Source: Burkholderiales bacterium (lineage in GTDB: Bacteria > Pseudomonadota > Gammaproteobacteria > Burkholderiales > Burkholderiaceae_C). From it: DNA of 64,000 bases. The stretch lies in contig JANOBX010000043.1 in NCBI GenBank assembly GCA_031411875.1, positions 12,513 to 76,512 of the forward strand. Direction: 5' to 3'. Positions 19,966 through 30,706 of this stretch are shown piece by piece. Below the pieces are notes generated by a model. That model was not told the DNA's origin and did not search any database. It worked only from the letters and a program-made list of their open reading frames with translations. The stretch's first letter is position 1, and the number at the start of each line of letters is the position of its first letter. The translations under genes and the position numbers were made by a program.

Positions 19966-21363
19966 TCAGGCGGTCTTGCTGATGGCAAAGCTCTTGACGT
20001 AATCCGCCGGCTTGGCCGGGTCGAATTCCTTGCCCATCACCTTGAACTTCTTGTAGGCGCCATCGGGCACCGGCTGGCCGAGTTCCTTCATGTACTTCTT
20101 GGCGTCGGTCAGCAGGAACACCTTCTCGGCGATCTGGCGGTAATTCACGTCGCCCTTGACGTAGCCCCAGCGCTGCATCTGCGTGAGCATCCACACCGCC
20201 ATGCTCTGCCAGGGCACCGGATCGAAGTCGGCGCGCTCGGGCACGTTGCGCACGTTGCCCAGGCCGTCGGCGAAGCGGCCGGTCAGCACCTGCTGCAGCA
20301 CGGCTTCGGGCTGGTTCAGGTATTGCGCCGGGGCGATCACCTTGGCGATGAGCTCGCGGTTGTTGGGCTTGCGCGCCATGTCGGCGGCCGTGAGCACGCT
20401 GCGGAACAACGCGGCGAAGGTGTTGGGGTTCTCCTTGATGAAGGCTTCCTGCACACCGAAGGCACAGCAGGGGTGGCCGTCCCAGATCTCGCGGCTGAGG
20501 ATGTGGATGAAGCCCAGTTCCTCGAACACCGCGCGCTGGTTGAAGGGGTCGGGGCCGAGAAAGCCGTCGATGTTGCCGGCGCGCAGGTTGGCCACCATTT
20601 CAGGTGGCGGGGTCACCCGCAGCTGAACGTCGGTGTCCGGGTTGATGCCGAACTCGGCCAGGTAGTAACGCAGCAGGAAGTTGTGGATGCTGTAGTCGAA
20701 GGGGATGGCGAACTTGAAGCCCTTCCAGTTCTTCGGGTCGCGGTTGTTCTTGTGCTTGTTGGCCAGCACGATGGCCTGGCCGTTGATGTTCTGGATGGTG
20801 GCCACGTTCATCGGCATGGCCTGGCTGCCCAGGCCCATGCTGATGGCGATGGGCATGGGGCTGAGAAAGTGCGTGGCGTCGTACTCCCGGTTCATGATCT
20901 TGTCGCGGATCAGCGCCCAGCCGGCCGTCTTCATCAGCTGCACGCTCAAGCCTTGCTGGCGATAGAAGCCCAGCGGGTCGGCCATGATCAGCGGGCTGGC
21001 GCAGGTGATGGGAATGAAGCCGATCTTCAGGTCCTTCTTCTCCAGCGACTTCTTCTCCTGCGCCATGGCCTGCAGGCTGGCGATGGGCAGAACGCTGGCC
21101 ATCGCGGCCATGGCCGTGCGCCGGCCCACGGCCTTCAGGAAACTGCGGCGCAGGCTCTCGTTCGGGAACAGCGCCTTGATCAGGCTGGCTTCCATGAACT
21201 GGCGGCCCAGGCCCTCGGCGTCGGGGGCCAGGCTTGCCATGTCTGCGGCATGGTCCTGCGGCGCGTGGTCGGCGCCGCAGCCGCACTTCAGCATCAGCGG
21301 GCGGTCGGCGTCGTAGGGGTCGTAGGCCGCCGGGGCGGTGAGTTGGCGGTCGGGCTGGCTCAT
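19966..21363 (-). CDS. CmpA/NrtA-family substrate-binding protein (CynA-like) with a long N-terminal extension
   Basis: RRSFLK Tat motif, GFIPITCASP, HNFLLRYYLA, PPPEMVANL, WDGHPCC; RBS AGGAG. Confidence 0.92.
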   Translation of the reverse strand: MSQPDRQLTAPAAYDPYDADRPLMLKCGCGADHAPQDHAADMASLAPDAEGLGRQFMEASLIKALFPNESLRRSFLKAVGRRTAMAAMASVLPIASLQAMAQEKKSLEKKDLKIGFIPITCASPLIMADPLGFYRQQGLSVQLMKTAGWALIRDKIMNREYDATHFLSPMPIAISMGLGSQAMPMNVATIQNINGQAIVLANKHKNNRDPKNWKGFKFAIPFDYSIHNFLLRYYLAEFGINPDTDVQLRVTPPPEMVANLRAGNIDGFLGPDPFNQRAVFEELGFIHILSREIWDGHPCCAFGVQEAFIKENPNTFAALFRSVLTAADMARKPNNRELIAKVIAPAQYLNQPEAVLQQVLTGRFADGLGNVRNVPERADFDPVPWQSMAVWMLTQMQRWGYVKGDVNYRQIAEKVFLLTDAKKYMKELGQPVPDGAYKKFKVMGKEFDPAKPADYVKSFAISKTA

Positions 21364-21399
21364 CGGAAAGACTCCTTCAGGACTGGGTGAACTGTAGGA

Positions 21400-21419
21400 A
21401 GCAGGTTCCGTGCGCGCCA
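21400..21419 (-). promoter_or_regulatory. Atypical sigma54-like promoter of the cyn operon
   Basis: Minus strand TGGCGCGCACGGAACCTGCT; becomes the consensus-like TGGCACGGAACCTGCT if 4 nt (GCGC) are removed; as written the spacing is GG-N14-GC. Confidence 0.4.
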
Positions 21420-21462
21420 TCGCGGTGCGTTTCAATCCAGCGTCGGGCCCGGTGTGAACCCT

Positions 21463-21480
21463 TGTAGTGCAAGCCCTACA
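21463..21480. promoter_or_regulatory. Palindromic TGTAG-N8-CTACA (TGT-N12-ACA) candidate enhancer
   Basis: TGTAGTGCAAGCCCTACA between the cynA-like gene and the activator. Confidence 0.5.
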
Positions 21481-21519
21481 GCGCGCAGGCGGGCGGGCTT
21501 CTTGCAATCCGGTTCCCCC

Positions 21520-23118
<1,599 letters not shown>

Positions 23119-23170
23119 TCGGGCTGTGTGCGTGAACGTTTCGAGTGGGTGTTTCGTACACGCTTGGCCC

Positions 23171-23279
23171 CCGAGCAATCCACAAACTCGCGGAACTCGC
23201 GACGTTCGCTGCGCTCACTGCGCTCAAACACCCTGCCGGCGCATCGGCAAACTGGATTGCGGTCACCTTATCCTCTCGG
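23171..23279. repeat. Nested inverted-repeat intergenic element (REP/MITE-like or structured RNA)
   Basis: GCAATCCA (23175-82)/TGGATTGC (23253-60), CCGAG/CTCGG, inner TGCCG/CGGCA hairpin, internal CGTTCGCTGCGCTCACTGCGCTC. Confidence 0.35.
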
Positions 23280-23305
23280 CGAAGCAGCGAGAAGAGGCAA
23301 CCAGG

Positions 23306-23707
23306 GTGGACACAAGATCAAAGTTTCGTGCGGCATTTTGCGCTGCGTTTCTCTCTTGCTGTGCGATCGCTCTGACCGGGTGTGGCGGCGGCGATGACGA
23401 CGAGCGAACCACAACGGTCGCAAAAGCAATGTTCCCAAGCTTTTTCGGAGCCATCCCGTCGCCCGGAGACGGGAAAAGGTATGCGGAGGGATTGCATCAG
23501 GAGGGCATTGAGCCACTGAAGACTCAGTGTGGGATTTTCGGCAGACGATCTGTGGAAGCCATAGGAATCAATGTTCCGGTGACTGTGTTGATAGACATCA
23601 GGCGTGATGACCTTGCACGTGCTCGCGCACTTGGATTCGTTGAAGCCGACGAACAATTCATGACAAGTGCACTCGAAGTTTTCGACTGCGAGAGCCGGAA
23701 TTTCTGA
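23306..23707 (+). CDS. Hypothetical lipoprotein, A/T-richer codon usage
   Basis: GTG 23306; LTGC lipobox followed by GGGDDD. Confidence 0.7.
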   Translation: MDTRSKFRAAFCAAFLSCCAIALTGCGGGDDDERTTTVAKAMFPSFFGAIPSPGDGKRYAEGLHQEGIEPLKTQCGIFGRRSVEAIGINVPVTVLIDIRRDDLARARALGFVEADEQFMTSALEVFDCESRNF

Positions 23708-23718
23708 GTAACGACCTT

Positions 23719-24507
23719 CTACTTCCGACGCCGACACCCGCGGAGCGCTGCCGCCAGGCATCCAACCCCGAACAGGAGTGAATTCGGGGGTTCGGGCACC
23801 GGCGCTGAGATGACGCTCGCTGCAACGGCCGCCAGCACAAACCCGTCCGCCGGCGCATCGCTGAGATTGGCGAAGTTGGCCTGGCCCTGCACTGCGTGGA
23901 GTCCCCAAAGGGGACCGTACTTCGGGTCGATTTCACTGGTCGAAAGACTCACCGACGAGCTTGGCGTCACTTCCGGGTACAGGCCTCCCCATGACAGCTG
24001 CAGCAAGCTGGATGCCTTGACCGCTTCTCCCAGATGTCCGGAAGTCGAAGTCTGCAGATTCGCCGTCACCACGAGCAAGGAGTTGGCGCTCAGCGTGAAG
24101 CCCATATGCAGCGCCGTCAGGTAGGTCTGGGTCAGCGCTTCGTCACCGAAGGCGTACGCGTAGGCCGTCGCCGTCGGAGCGGACGGCAGCGAGAAAATGT
24201 CTCCGGCGGTCAGCGTGACAGTGCCGTTGGCGTTCGTGACGGCCACCTGCACGCTGAACGAAGACTGCGCCGGCCCGTACAAAGAATTGCTCACATCTTG
24301 CTCGGCATTTTTGGCCCGCACGATGCCCACCTCAGACAGCGCCCCCAACGATGGGAAACTCACCGACGCCACGATGCCATCATTTGGTGCGAGGTCGAAG
24401 ACCTGGAAATGCAGGCCAGTCAGAGTTGCGCTCGCGGAGCCTGCAGACGCAGCGTTTACAGCCAGCACAAGTATGCAAGCCACTACCAGGGAACATCGAA
24501 GCTTCAT
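23719..24507 (-). CDS. PEP-CTERM sorting domain protein
   Basis: GGAGG RBS, signal peptide, DLAPNDGI motif, C-terminal VPEPPNSLLFGVGCLAAALRGCRRRK. Confidence 0.85.
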   Translation of the reverse strand: MKLRCSLVVACILVLAVNAASAGSASATLTGLHFQVFDLAPNDGIVASVSFPSLGALSEVGIVRAKNAEQDVSNSLYGPAQSSFSVQVAVTNANGTVTLTAGDIFSLPSAPTATAYAYAFGDEALTQTYLTALHMGFTLSANSLLVVTANLQTSTSGHLGEAVKASSLLQLSWGGLYPEVTPSSSVSLSTSEIDPKYGPLWGLHAVQGQANFANLSDAPADGFVLAAVAASVISAPVPEPPNSLLFGVGCLAAALRGCRRRK

Positions 24508-24887
24508 GTCCACCTCCCGGTGTGCCGGCGAGTCAGCCGCGGCGCTGCTCGCGCACCGCGACTCTGGGCTGCTAGGCACTGCTGGATAGTCCCGCCGGAC
24601 TCGTTCCCGAGCTATCCCTAACTTGTCCGATCGCCTGGTGGCGATCAGTGGAGCTGGTGTTCCGCGGCCTTCCTCGTTCCCGGCACCCGTACCGACACCG
24701 TGCGCGAGCCAGCTCGGGCGGGCATGTTCACCTCTTGCCAGTTCGGTGACTTCCTCACGCGCCAGCCAGCCCCAGCCCACCTTTGCAACCACCGTGCTTG
24801 CCCCCCAGGGGGCACGACGAAATGGTGGCGGACCAATCAGCTGTCTCAGGGGCCTGCCCCCGACCAGCGAAAGGGTCCGACTGGAAG

Positions 24888-24918
24888 TTTGTCGACATGT
24901 GTCGACAAATTGTCGACC
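24888..24918. promoter_or_regulatory. Triple TGTCGAC(A/C) array / near-perfect palindrome, candidate sigma54 enhancer
   Basis: TTTGTCGACATGTGTCGACAAA (contains TGT-N12-ACA) plus a third TGTCGACC at 24911; about 120-140 bp upstream of the -24 element. Confidence 0.6.
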
Positions 24919-25030
24919 TTTGTCCCCTCGATGGTCCGGTCCCGGGTCCCTTCGACAGGTGCAGCGGAAGGCGGCTGCTCCCGCGTTCTCATAGGAAGCT
25001 GGATGGCGACTGAGCGCAGGAGAACCATCG

Positions 25031-25046
25031 TGGCACGCGCGTTGCG
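25031..25046 (+). promoter_or_regulatory. sigma54 -24/-12 promoter
   Basis: TGGCACGCGCGTTGCG matches TGGCACG-N4-TTGC; 59 nt before the rhodanese ATG. Confidence 0.85.
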
Positions 25047-25105
25047 ATGCAACACCGTCCACGCCGTCACCACCACCCCGTTCCCAACACGCCAGGAGCC
25101 CCCGC

Positions 25106-25990
25106 ATGAGCCCGTCACCGACCCTTGTCTCCCCCGTCGAACTGCAGGCCCTGATGGCCGCAGAACCCACCGTCGTGATCGACACACGCGACGCCGACAC
25201 CTACGCGGCCGGCCATGTGCCGGGGGCGATCAACATGCGCGAGATCTTCACCTACCTCGCCACGTCCACCGCCGAAGGCCTGGAAGCACTGAAGGCCACC
25301 TTCGCCGAAGCCTTCGGCGCCGCCGGCCTGAGCGGCAAGGAAACCGCGGTGTTCTATGAAGACGCACTGAACAGCGGCTATGGCCAGAGCTGCCGCGGCT
25401 ACTACCTGCTGACCTGGCTGGGCTACCCCAAGGTGCGCGTGCTGAACGGCGGCTATTCGGCCTGGAAGGGCGCCGGCCTGCCCACCAGCACCGACACCGT
25501 GACGCCCGTGCCCGCCAGCTTCCCCGCCGGCCCCACGATGGACGTGATGCTGACCAAGGAGCAGATGCTGTCGGCACTGGGTTCGGACGTCGTGCTGCTC
25601 GACGTGCGCGACATCGACGAATGGACCGGCGAAAGCTCCTCGCCCTACGGCAAGGACTTCGCACCGCGCAAGGGCCGCCTGCCGGGTGCGAAGTGGATCG
25701 AGTGGTATCGCTTCATGAAGCCCAGCCCGATGGGCCCGCAGATCAAGAGCCCGCTGGAAGTGCAGGCGGAATGCGCCACGGCCGGCATCGCGCCCACCGA
25801 CACCGTCTACCTGTACTGCTTCAAGGGCGCACGCGCGTCCAACACCTTCCTGGCGCTGAAGCAGGCCGGCTTCACCGACGTGCGCATGTACTTCGGCAGC
25901 TGGAACGAATGGTCGCGCGACCCGGCCCTGCCCATCGAGACCGCGCCGCCCGTCGTGACACGGGCACCCAAGCTGGCCGTGGCCGCCTGA
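25106..25990 (+). CDS. Two-domain sulfurtransferase (rhodanese)
   Basis: YAAGHVPGA, VRVLNGG, LLDVR, GRLPGA, active loop CFKGARA, YFGSWNEWS. Confidence 0.93.
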   Translation: MSPSPTLVSPVELQALMAAEPTVVIDTRDADTYAAGHVPGAINMREIFTYLATSTAEGLEALKATFAEAFGAAGLSGKETAVFYEDALNSGYGQSCRGYYLLTWLGYPKVRVLNGGYSAWKGAGLPTSTDTVTPVPASFPAGPTMDVMLTKEQMLSALGSDVVLLDVRDIDEWTGESSSPYGKDFAPRKGRLPGAKWIEWYRFMKPSPMGPQIKSPLEVQAECATAGIAPTDTVYLYCFKGARASNTFLALKQAGFTDVRMYFGSWNEWSRDPALPIETAPPVVTRAPKLAVAA

Positions 25991-26042
25991 ACGCAAACCC
26001 CGCACATCCACAACAAATTCGCTGAACCCCGAGGAGACAAAC

Positions 26043-26591
26043 ATGTCCGCCGTGATCGAACCCACCACCGTCAAAGCTTATCTGCGCCCCATCGACCGAG
26101 ACGGCCTGATGAAGTTCGCCGCCGCCGGCCGCGAGAACCCCGCGCGCCGCGGCACCAACAAGGTCAAGACGGTGATGGAAGGGCAGTACCGGTCGCTCAG
26201 CTACGTCGGCCACCACGCCCCGGTGGTGGTCGACGAGCCGCCGCACCTGTTCGGTGAAGACACCGCGCCGGCGCCGGGCGAGATCGTGTTGTCGGCGCTC
26301 GGCGGCTGCCTGGCGGTGGGCATCACGGCCGTGGCCACCTGGAAGCAGGTGCAGCTGACGAAGCTGGAACTGTTCCTGGAAGGCGACATCGGCAACCCCG
26401 CCGCCTGGGGTGCGGGCGGGGCCGAGATGTTGCCGCCGCAGATGGGTTTCCAGGCCATCCGCGTGAAGGTGGCCGTGGAAGGCGACGCCACGCCGGAAGT
26501 GCTGGCCGACATCGTCAAGCACGCCAACTTCTATTCGCCCGTGGCCAATTCCATGCGCAATCCGATCGCCATGTCGGTGGACATGGCCTGA
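26043..26591 (+). CDS. OsmC-family protein with a single Cys
   Basis: DEPPHLFGEDTAPAPGE..LSALGGC; SPV where the resolving CPV usually is; RBS GAGGAG. Confidence 0.88.
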   Translation: MSAVIEPTTVKAYLRPIDRDGLMKFAAAGRENPARRGTNKVKTVMEGQYRSLSYVGHHAPVVVDEPPHLFGEDTAPAPGEIVLSALGGCLAVGITAVATWKQVQLTKLELFLEGDIGNPAAWGAGGAEMLPPQMGFQAIRVKVAVEGDATPEVLADIVKHANFYSPVANSMRNPIAMSVDMA

Positions 26592-26629
26592 GCCGCAGCA
26601 CAGCACAGCCAAGCACAGAGCACCCTCAC

Positions 26630-27778
26630 ATGAGCGCAGTCCTGGAAGAACGCCCCTCGCCCGCTGCCGCCGACCCGGTGGCGGCCCTGCTGGACGCCGT
26701 GCGCACGCTGGCCGATGGCCCGCTGCGCGACGCCACCGACGCCACCGACCGCGGCACCTACCCCCGCGAGCTGATGCACGCGCTGGGCGCAGCCGGCGCC
26801 TACCGCGCGCACATCGGCCCGGGTGCTGCGCCCGGCGACTTCGCCACCGCCATCCGCGCCATGGCCGAGGTCTCGCGCGTGTGCGGGGCCACCGGCTTCA
26901 TGGTGTGGTGCCAGCAGGTCTGCGGGCTGTATCTGCAGCAGTCGGGCAACCCGGCGCTGACCGGCGACTTCCTGCAGCGCCACATCAGTGGCGTGCAACT
27001 GGGCGCCACCGGCATGAGCAACCCGATGAAGGCCTACGCCGGCATCGAACCCTTGCTGCTGAAGGCCACCCCCTGCGAAGGCGGCTACCGCGTCAACGGC
27101 ACCCTGCCCTGGGTCAGCAACCTGGGCGCCGACCACTACGCCGGCGTGCTGGCAGGCGTCGATGGACTGCCCGAAGGGAAGCCGCGCGAGGTGATGTTCC
27201 TGCTGCGCTGCAATGCCCCCGGCGTCGAGCTGCGCAACTGCCCCAGCTTTTCGGCGATGGAGGGCACGAACACCTGGGCGCTGCGCCTGACCGACCACTT
27301 CATCGGTGCCGACGAGATCATCGCCGACCCGGCCAAGCCCTGGATCGCGCGCATCCGCGCCGGCTTCATCCTGCTGCAGACCGGCTTCGGCCTGGGCGTG
27401 ACGCAGGGCGCCATCGACTCGATGTGGGCGGTGGAACCGGCACTCGGCCACGTCAACCAGTTCCTGGAAGACCGGCCCGACGAACTGCAGGCCGAGCTGG
27501 ACGCGCTGTGGGAACGCATCGAGACCCTGAGTCTGACACCCTTCGCGCAGGAAAAGGACTACTTCATCGACGTGCTCGACGCGCGCGCCCACGCCAGTGA
27601 ACTGGCATTGCGGGCGGCGCAGTCGGCCCTGCTGCACGCCGGTGCGCGGGGCTACCTGCTCAGCAGCGAGGTGCAGCGCCGGGTGCGCGAATCACATTTC
27701 GTGGCCATCGTCAGCCCGGCCATCAAGCACCTGCGCAAGGAGATCGCGCGTCTGTCCGCGCCGGAGCTGCCCGCGTGA
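26630..27778 (+). CDS. Acyl-CoA dehydrogenase-fold flavoprotein (possible monooxygenase)
   Basis: [42 protein letters not shown]; no YEGT-type catalytic Glu. Confidence 0.85.
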   Translation: MSAVLEERPSPAAADPVAALLDAVRTLADGPLRDATDATDRGTYPRELMHALGAAGAYRAHIGPGAAPGDFATAIRAMAEVSRVCGATGFMVWCQQVCGLYLQQSGNPALTGDFLQRHISGVQLGATGMSNPMKAYAGIEPLLLKATPCEGGYRVNGTLPWVSNLGADHYAGVLAGVDGLPEGKPREVMFLLRCNAPGVELRNCPSFSAMEGTNTWALRLTDHFIGADEIIADPAKPWIARIRAGFILLQTGFGLGVTQGAIDSMWAVEPALGHVNQFLEDRPDELQAELDALWERIETLSLTPFAQEKDYFIDVLDARAHASELALRAAQSALLHAGARGYLLSSEVQRRVRESHFVAIVSPAIKHLRKEIARLSAPELPA

Positions 27779-29181
27779 GTGCCTTGCCGGAGGGCATGGC
27801 AGCGTTCCGCAAGTACATCTGCCACGTCTGTGGCCTGATCTACGACGAAGCCCGCGGCGACGCCGACAGTGGCCTGGCCGCCGGCACCCGCTTCGACGAC
27901 ATCCCCGACGACTGGGCCTGCCCGATTTGCGGCGTGGGCAAGGCCGACTTCGAGCCCTACGTGCCCGAACCCGTGGTGGCACGCAGCCTGCGCCGGCCGC
28001 AGCCTGCCGTGCGCGGCGCACACGGCGCGCGACGGGCGGGCGAAGGCGTGCTCATCGTCGGCGCCGGGCGCGCCGGCTGGGCCGTCGCGCAAGCCCTGCG
28101 CGAGGCCGACGCGCAGCTGCCCATCACCGTGCTCAGTGCCTGCAACGGCGACGTCTACGACAAGCCCATGATCTCGGTGGCCGTGGCCCGCGGCCTGGCC
28201 CCCGAGGCCATGGCCCGCGAAAGCGCCGCCCAGGCCGCCGCCCGGCTGCACGTGCGGCTGCGCTGTGGCACGCAGGCCGTGGCCATCGAGCCGCGCGCAC
28301 GCCGCTTGCGCACCACGCGTGGCAGCCTGCGCTACAGCCATCTCGTGCTGGCCCATGGCGCCGAATCGGTGTTGCCGCCCGTGCTGTCGGCGCAGCAGGT
28401 CTGGCGCATCAACGACCTGGCGACTTATCAGAAGCTGCGCGCGGCGCTGCAAGGCGGGCCGCAACGCCTGGCCATCGTCGGTGCCGGTCTGGTGGGCTGC
28501 GAACTCGCCAACGACCTCGCGCTGGCCGGGCATGGCATCACCCTGCTCGACACCCAGCCGCTGCCGCTGGCCGCGCAGCTGCCGGCCGCAGCCGGCCAAC
28601 GACTGCTGCAGGCCTGGCAAGACTTGCCCATCGACTTCAGGGGTGGCGTGCAGGTGGTGGCAATGTCTGCCGGCGAAGGCGCACGCTGGCGCCTGCAGCT
28701 GTCCGATGGTCGAAGCGTCGACGCCGACCAGGTCATCGCCGCCACCGGCCTGCGCACACCCACGCGTCTGGCGCGCAGCGCCGGTCTGGCCTTCGACAGC
28801 GCTGCAGGCGGCATCGCGGTCGACGCCTTGACAGACGCCACCAGCGTGCCCGGCATCTACGCCCTGGGCGACTGCGTGGCGGTGAACGGCCGCGCCAGCC
28901 GCTACATCGAACCCATCGCCGGGCAGGCGCGCGGCATCGCGGCGGCCATCCTGGGCCTTCCCGCTCCCCATTCGAAGGGCAGCGACCCCGTGCTGCGCGT
29001 GAAGACCAGCGCGATGCCGATCACGTTGACCGGCGCAGCGTCCCCTGGCCCCGGAAACACCGGCACGGCCGGCTGGCAAACGACCCAGGACGACGCCGAC
29101 GCGCTGTGCCTGCAGCGACTGGACGACAAGGGCCTGCTGGTGGCGCGGCTGGTGGCCCGCCAGGCACGGACGCCGACGTAG
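27775..29181 (+). CDS. Rubredoxin + FAD/NAD(P)H rubredoxin reductase fusion
   Basis: CHVCG...[10 protein letters not shown] rubredoxin; [29 protein letters not shown]; GTGA overlap (alternative ATG 27796). Confidence 0.9.
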   Translation: MSALPEGMAAFRKYICHVCGLIYDEARGDADSGLAAGTRFDDIPDDWACPICGVGKADFEPYVPEPVVARSLRRPQPAVRGAHGARRAGEGVLIVGAGRAGWAVAQALREADAQLPITVLSACNGDVYDKPMISVAVARGLAPEAMARESAAQAAARLHVRLRCGTQAVAIEPRARRLRTTRGSLRYSHLVLAHGAESVLPPVLSAQQVWRINDLATYQKLRAALQGGPQRLAIVGAGLVGCELANDLALAGHGITLLDTQPLPLAAQLPAAAGQRLLQAWQDLPIDFRGGVQVVAMSAGEGARWRLQLSDGRSVDADQVIAATGLRTPTRLARSAGLAFDSAAGGIAVDALTDATSVPGIYALGDCVAVNGRASRYIEPIAGQARGIAAAILGLPAPHSKGSDPVLRVKTSAMPITLTGAASPGPGNTGTAGWQTTQDDADALCLQRLDDKGLLVARLVARQARTPT

Positions 29182-29194
29182 ATACACCACCATG

Positions 29195-29226
29195 AAAAAA
29201 GCCCGCCGGCTCGAGGCCGGCGGGCT
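29195..29226 (-). terminator. Intrinsic terminator between convergent genes
   Basis: AAAAAA GCCCGCCGGC TCGAG GCCGGCGGGC T; U-tract on the minus strand. Confidence 0.85.
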
Positions 29227-29261
29227 GCCCATCATTAGCGCTGCCTAGGCAGCATCTGAAC

Positions 29262-29675
29262 TCAGGCCGAAGGCAGCAGCACCGAGTCGATGACGTGGAT
29301 CACGCCGTTGGTGCAGGCGATGTCGGTCTTCACGACGTTGATCTCAGAATTCAGCTTCACGCCACCCGTGGTGCTGATTTTCAGGCCAGCGCCGTTGACG
29401 GTGGTGGCGGTCTGGCCATCCATCTTCATCACGTCTGCGGCCATGACCTTGCCGGCCACCACGTGGTAGGTCAGGATGGCCTTGAGCTTCGGGATGTCCT
29501 TCAGCAGGCTGTCCACGGTGCCGGCCGGCAGCTTGGCGAAGGCCTCGTCGCTGGGCGCGAAGACGGTGAAGGGACCGGTGCCCTTCAGCGTGTCGACCAG
29601 ACCGGCCGCGGTGACGGCAGCGGCCAGGGTCTTGAAGGTGCCAGCGGCAACGGCGGTGTCGATGATGTCATGCAT
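29262..29675 (-). CDS. Fasciclin (FAS1) domain protein
   Basis: [44 protein letters not shown]; RBS AAGGA. Confidence 0.95.
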   Translation of the reverse strand: MHDIIDTAVAAGTFKTLAAAVTAAGLVDTLKGTGPFTVFAPSDEAFAKLPAGTVDSLLKDIPKLKAILTYHVVAGKVMAADVMKMDGQTATTVNGAGLKISTTGGVKLNSEINVVKTDIACTNGVIHVIDSVLLPSA

Positions 29676-29778
29676 GTGAGATTCCTTGGTTGCGATATAC
29701 GGAACCTGGACCTTAGGTGCTTTGCCCTCTTCACCGGGCCGTAGGGCTGTAGCGGTCTGCTGCATTGATCACCGCGCC

Positions 29779-29804
29779 GTGAAACCTGGGTGATAGGCCT
29801 GTGA
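29779..29804. promoter_or_regulatory. Three GTGA direct repeats at 11-bp period (candidate OmpR-family site)
   Basis: GTGA at 29779, 29790 and 29801 in the divergent fasciclin/spondin intergenic region. Confidence 0.5.
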
Positions 29805-29893
29805 TGGCGCCTGCCTAAGGTCCGGCTGTCGATGACGTGGGCGCGCTTGCCCGGCGGCCGACGGCACCACCATCCACCCAGGAGCTTCACACC

Positions 29894-30706
29894 ATGCACC
29901 CGACTTCAATCCGTCTTCACCGCATCAGCGCCTTGGCGCTGGCCTGCGCCGCCTTGGCCCTGCCGCAATGGGCCCAGGCCCAGCAACAGATCGTCACGGT
30001 CACGGTCCAGAACCTGGCCGCGGCCAACGGCGTGGCCTTCGCACCGCTGCGCGTGGGCTTCAACAAGGGCAGCTACGACGCCTTCAACCTCGGCCAGGTG
30101 GCCACGGCGCCGATCATCAGCGTGGCCGAAGGCGGCAGCGGCAACGCCTGGTTCCCGGCCTTCATGGCTGCCGACTCCGGTGCCACGCTGGGCACGGTGG
30201 GTGGGCTTCTGACCCCAGGCGGCAGTGCCAGCATGAGCTTCACCGTCGACTCCATTCTGAACCCCTTCTTCACCTTCGGCGCCATGGTCGTGCCCAGCAA
30301 CGACTTCTTCATCGGCAACGACAACCCGATGGCGCACCGCCTGTTCGACGCCGCCGGCAACCTGCTCATCACCAGCATCACCCAGCGCGCCACCGACATC
30401 TGGGACGCCGGCTCCGAAGTCTTCGACCCGGCGGCTGCCGCCTTCGTCGGCAACAACGGCCTGCGTGCCAACCAGAACTCGGTGGTGGCCTTCAACTTCG
30501 CCGAACTGGCCGGCTTCAACGGCCTGAGCACCGGTGCCGGCTATGTCTTCAACAGCGGCTTGACGGCGGGCAGCGAGGTCTATCGCATCAGCTTCGCCGT
30601 GGCCGCCGTGCCAGAACCCGGCACCTGGGCACTTTTTGCAGCCGGCTTGTCAGGTCTGGGCTTCATGGCACGACGCAGGTCTCTGGCATCCGCTTCGATG
30701 AACTGA
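29894..30706 (+). CDS. Spondin-domain PEP-CTERM protein
   Basis: VTVQNL, AEGG, MVVPSNDFF, WDAGSE spondin-like motifs; VPEPGTW + TM + RRR; RBS AGGAG. Confidence 0.88.
   Translation: MHPTSIRLHRISALALACAALALPQWAQAQQQIVTVTVQNLAAANGVAFAPLRVGFNKGSYDAFNLGQVATAPIISVAEGGSGNAWFPAFMAADSGATLGTVGGLLTPGGSASMSFTVDSILNPFFTFGAMVVPSNDFFIGNDNPMAHRLFDAAGNLLITSITQRATDIWDAGSEVFDPAAAAFVGNNGLRANQNSVVAFNFAELAGFNGLSTGAGYVFNSGLTAGSEVYRISFAVAAVPEPGTWALFAAGLSGLGFMARRRSLASASMN

Noticed and set aside
18145-21363. Nitrate assimilation (nrtABC) call
   Set aside because: No nitrate or nitrite reductase in the window; the ATPase gene is coupled to cynS
21491-21506. GGGCGGGCTTCTTGCA sigma54-like box before the activator
   Set aside because: Poor -24 context and only 13 nt from the ATG; probably chance
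24888-24918. CRISPR or ECF42 promoter interpretation of the TGTCGAC repeats
   Set aside because: Units are 8 bp with no spacers; their position upstream of a clear sigma54 promoter fits an enhancer better
29690-29730. GCATCC-N16-CGTA promoter for the fasciclin gene
   Set aside because: A CGTA is present on the minus strand, but there is no GCATCC at the right spacing
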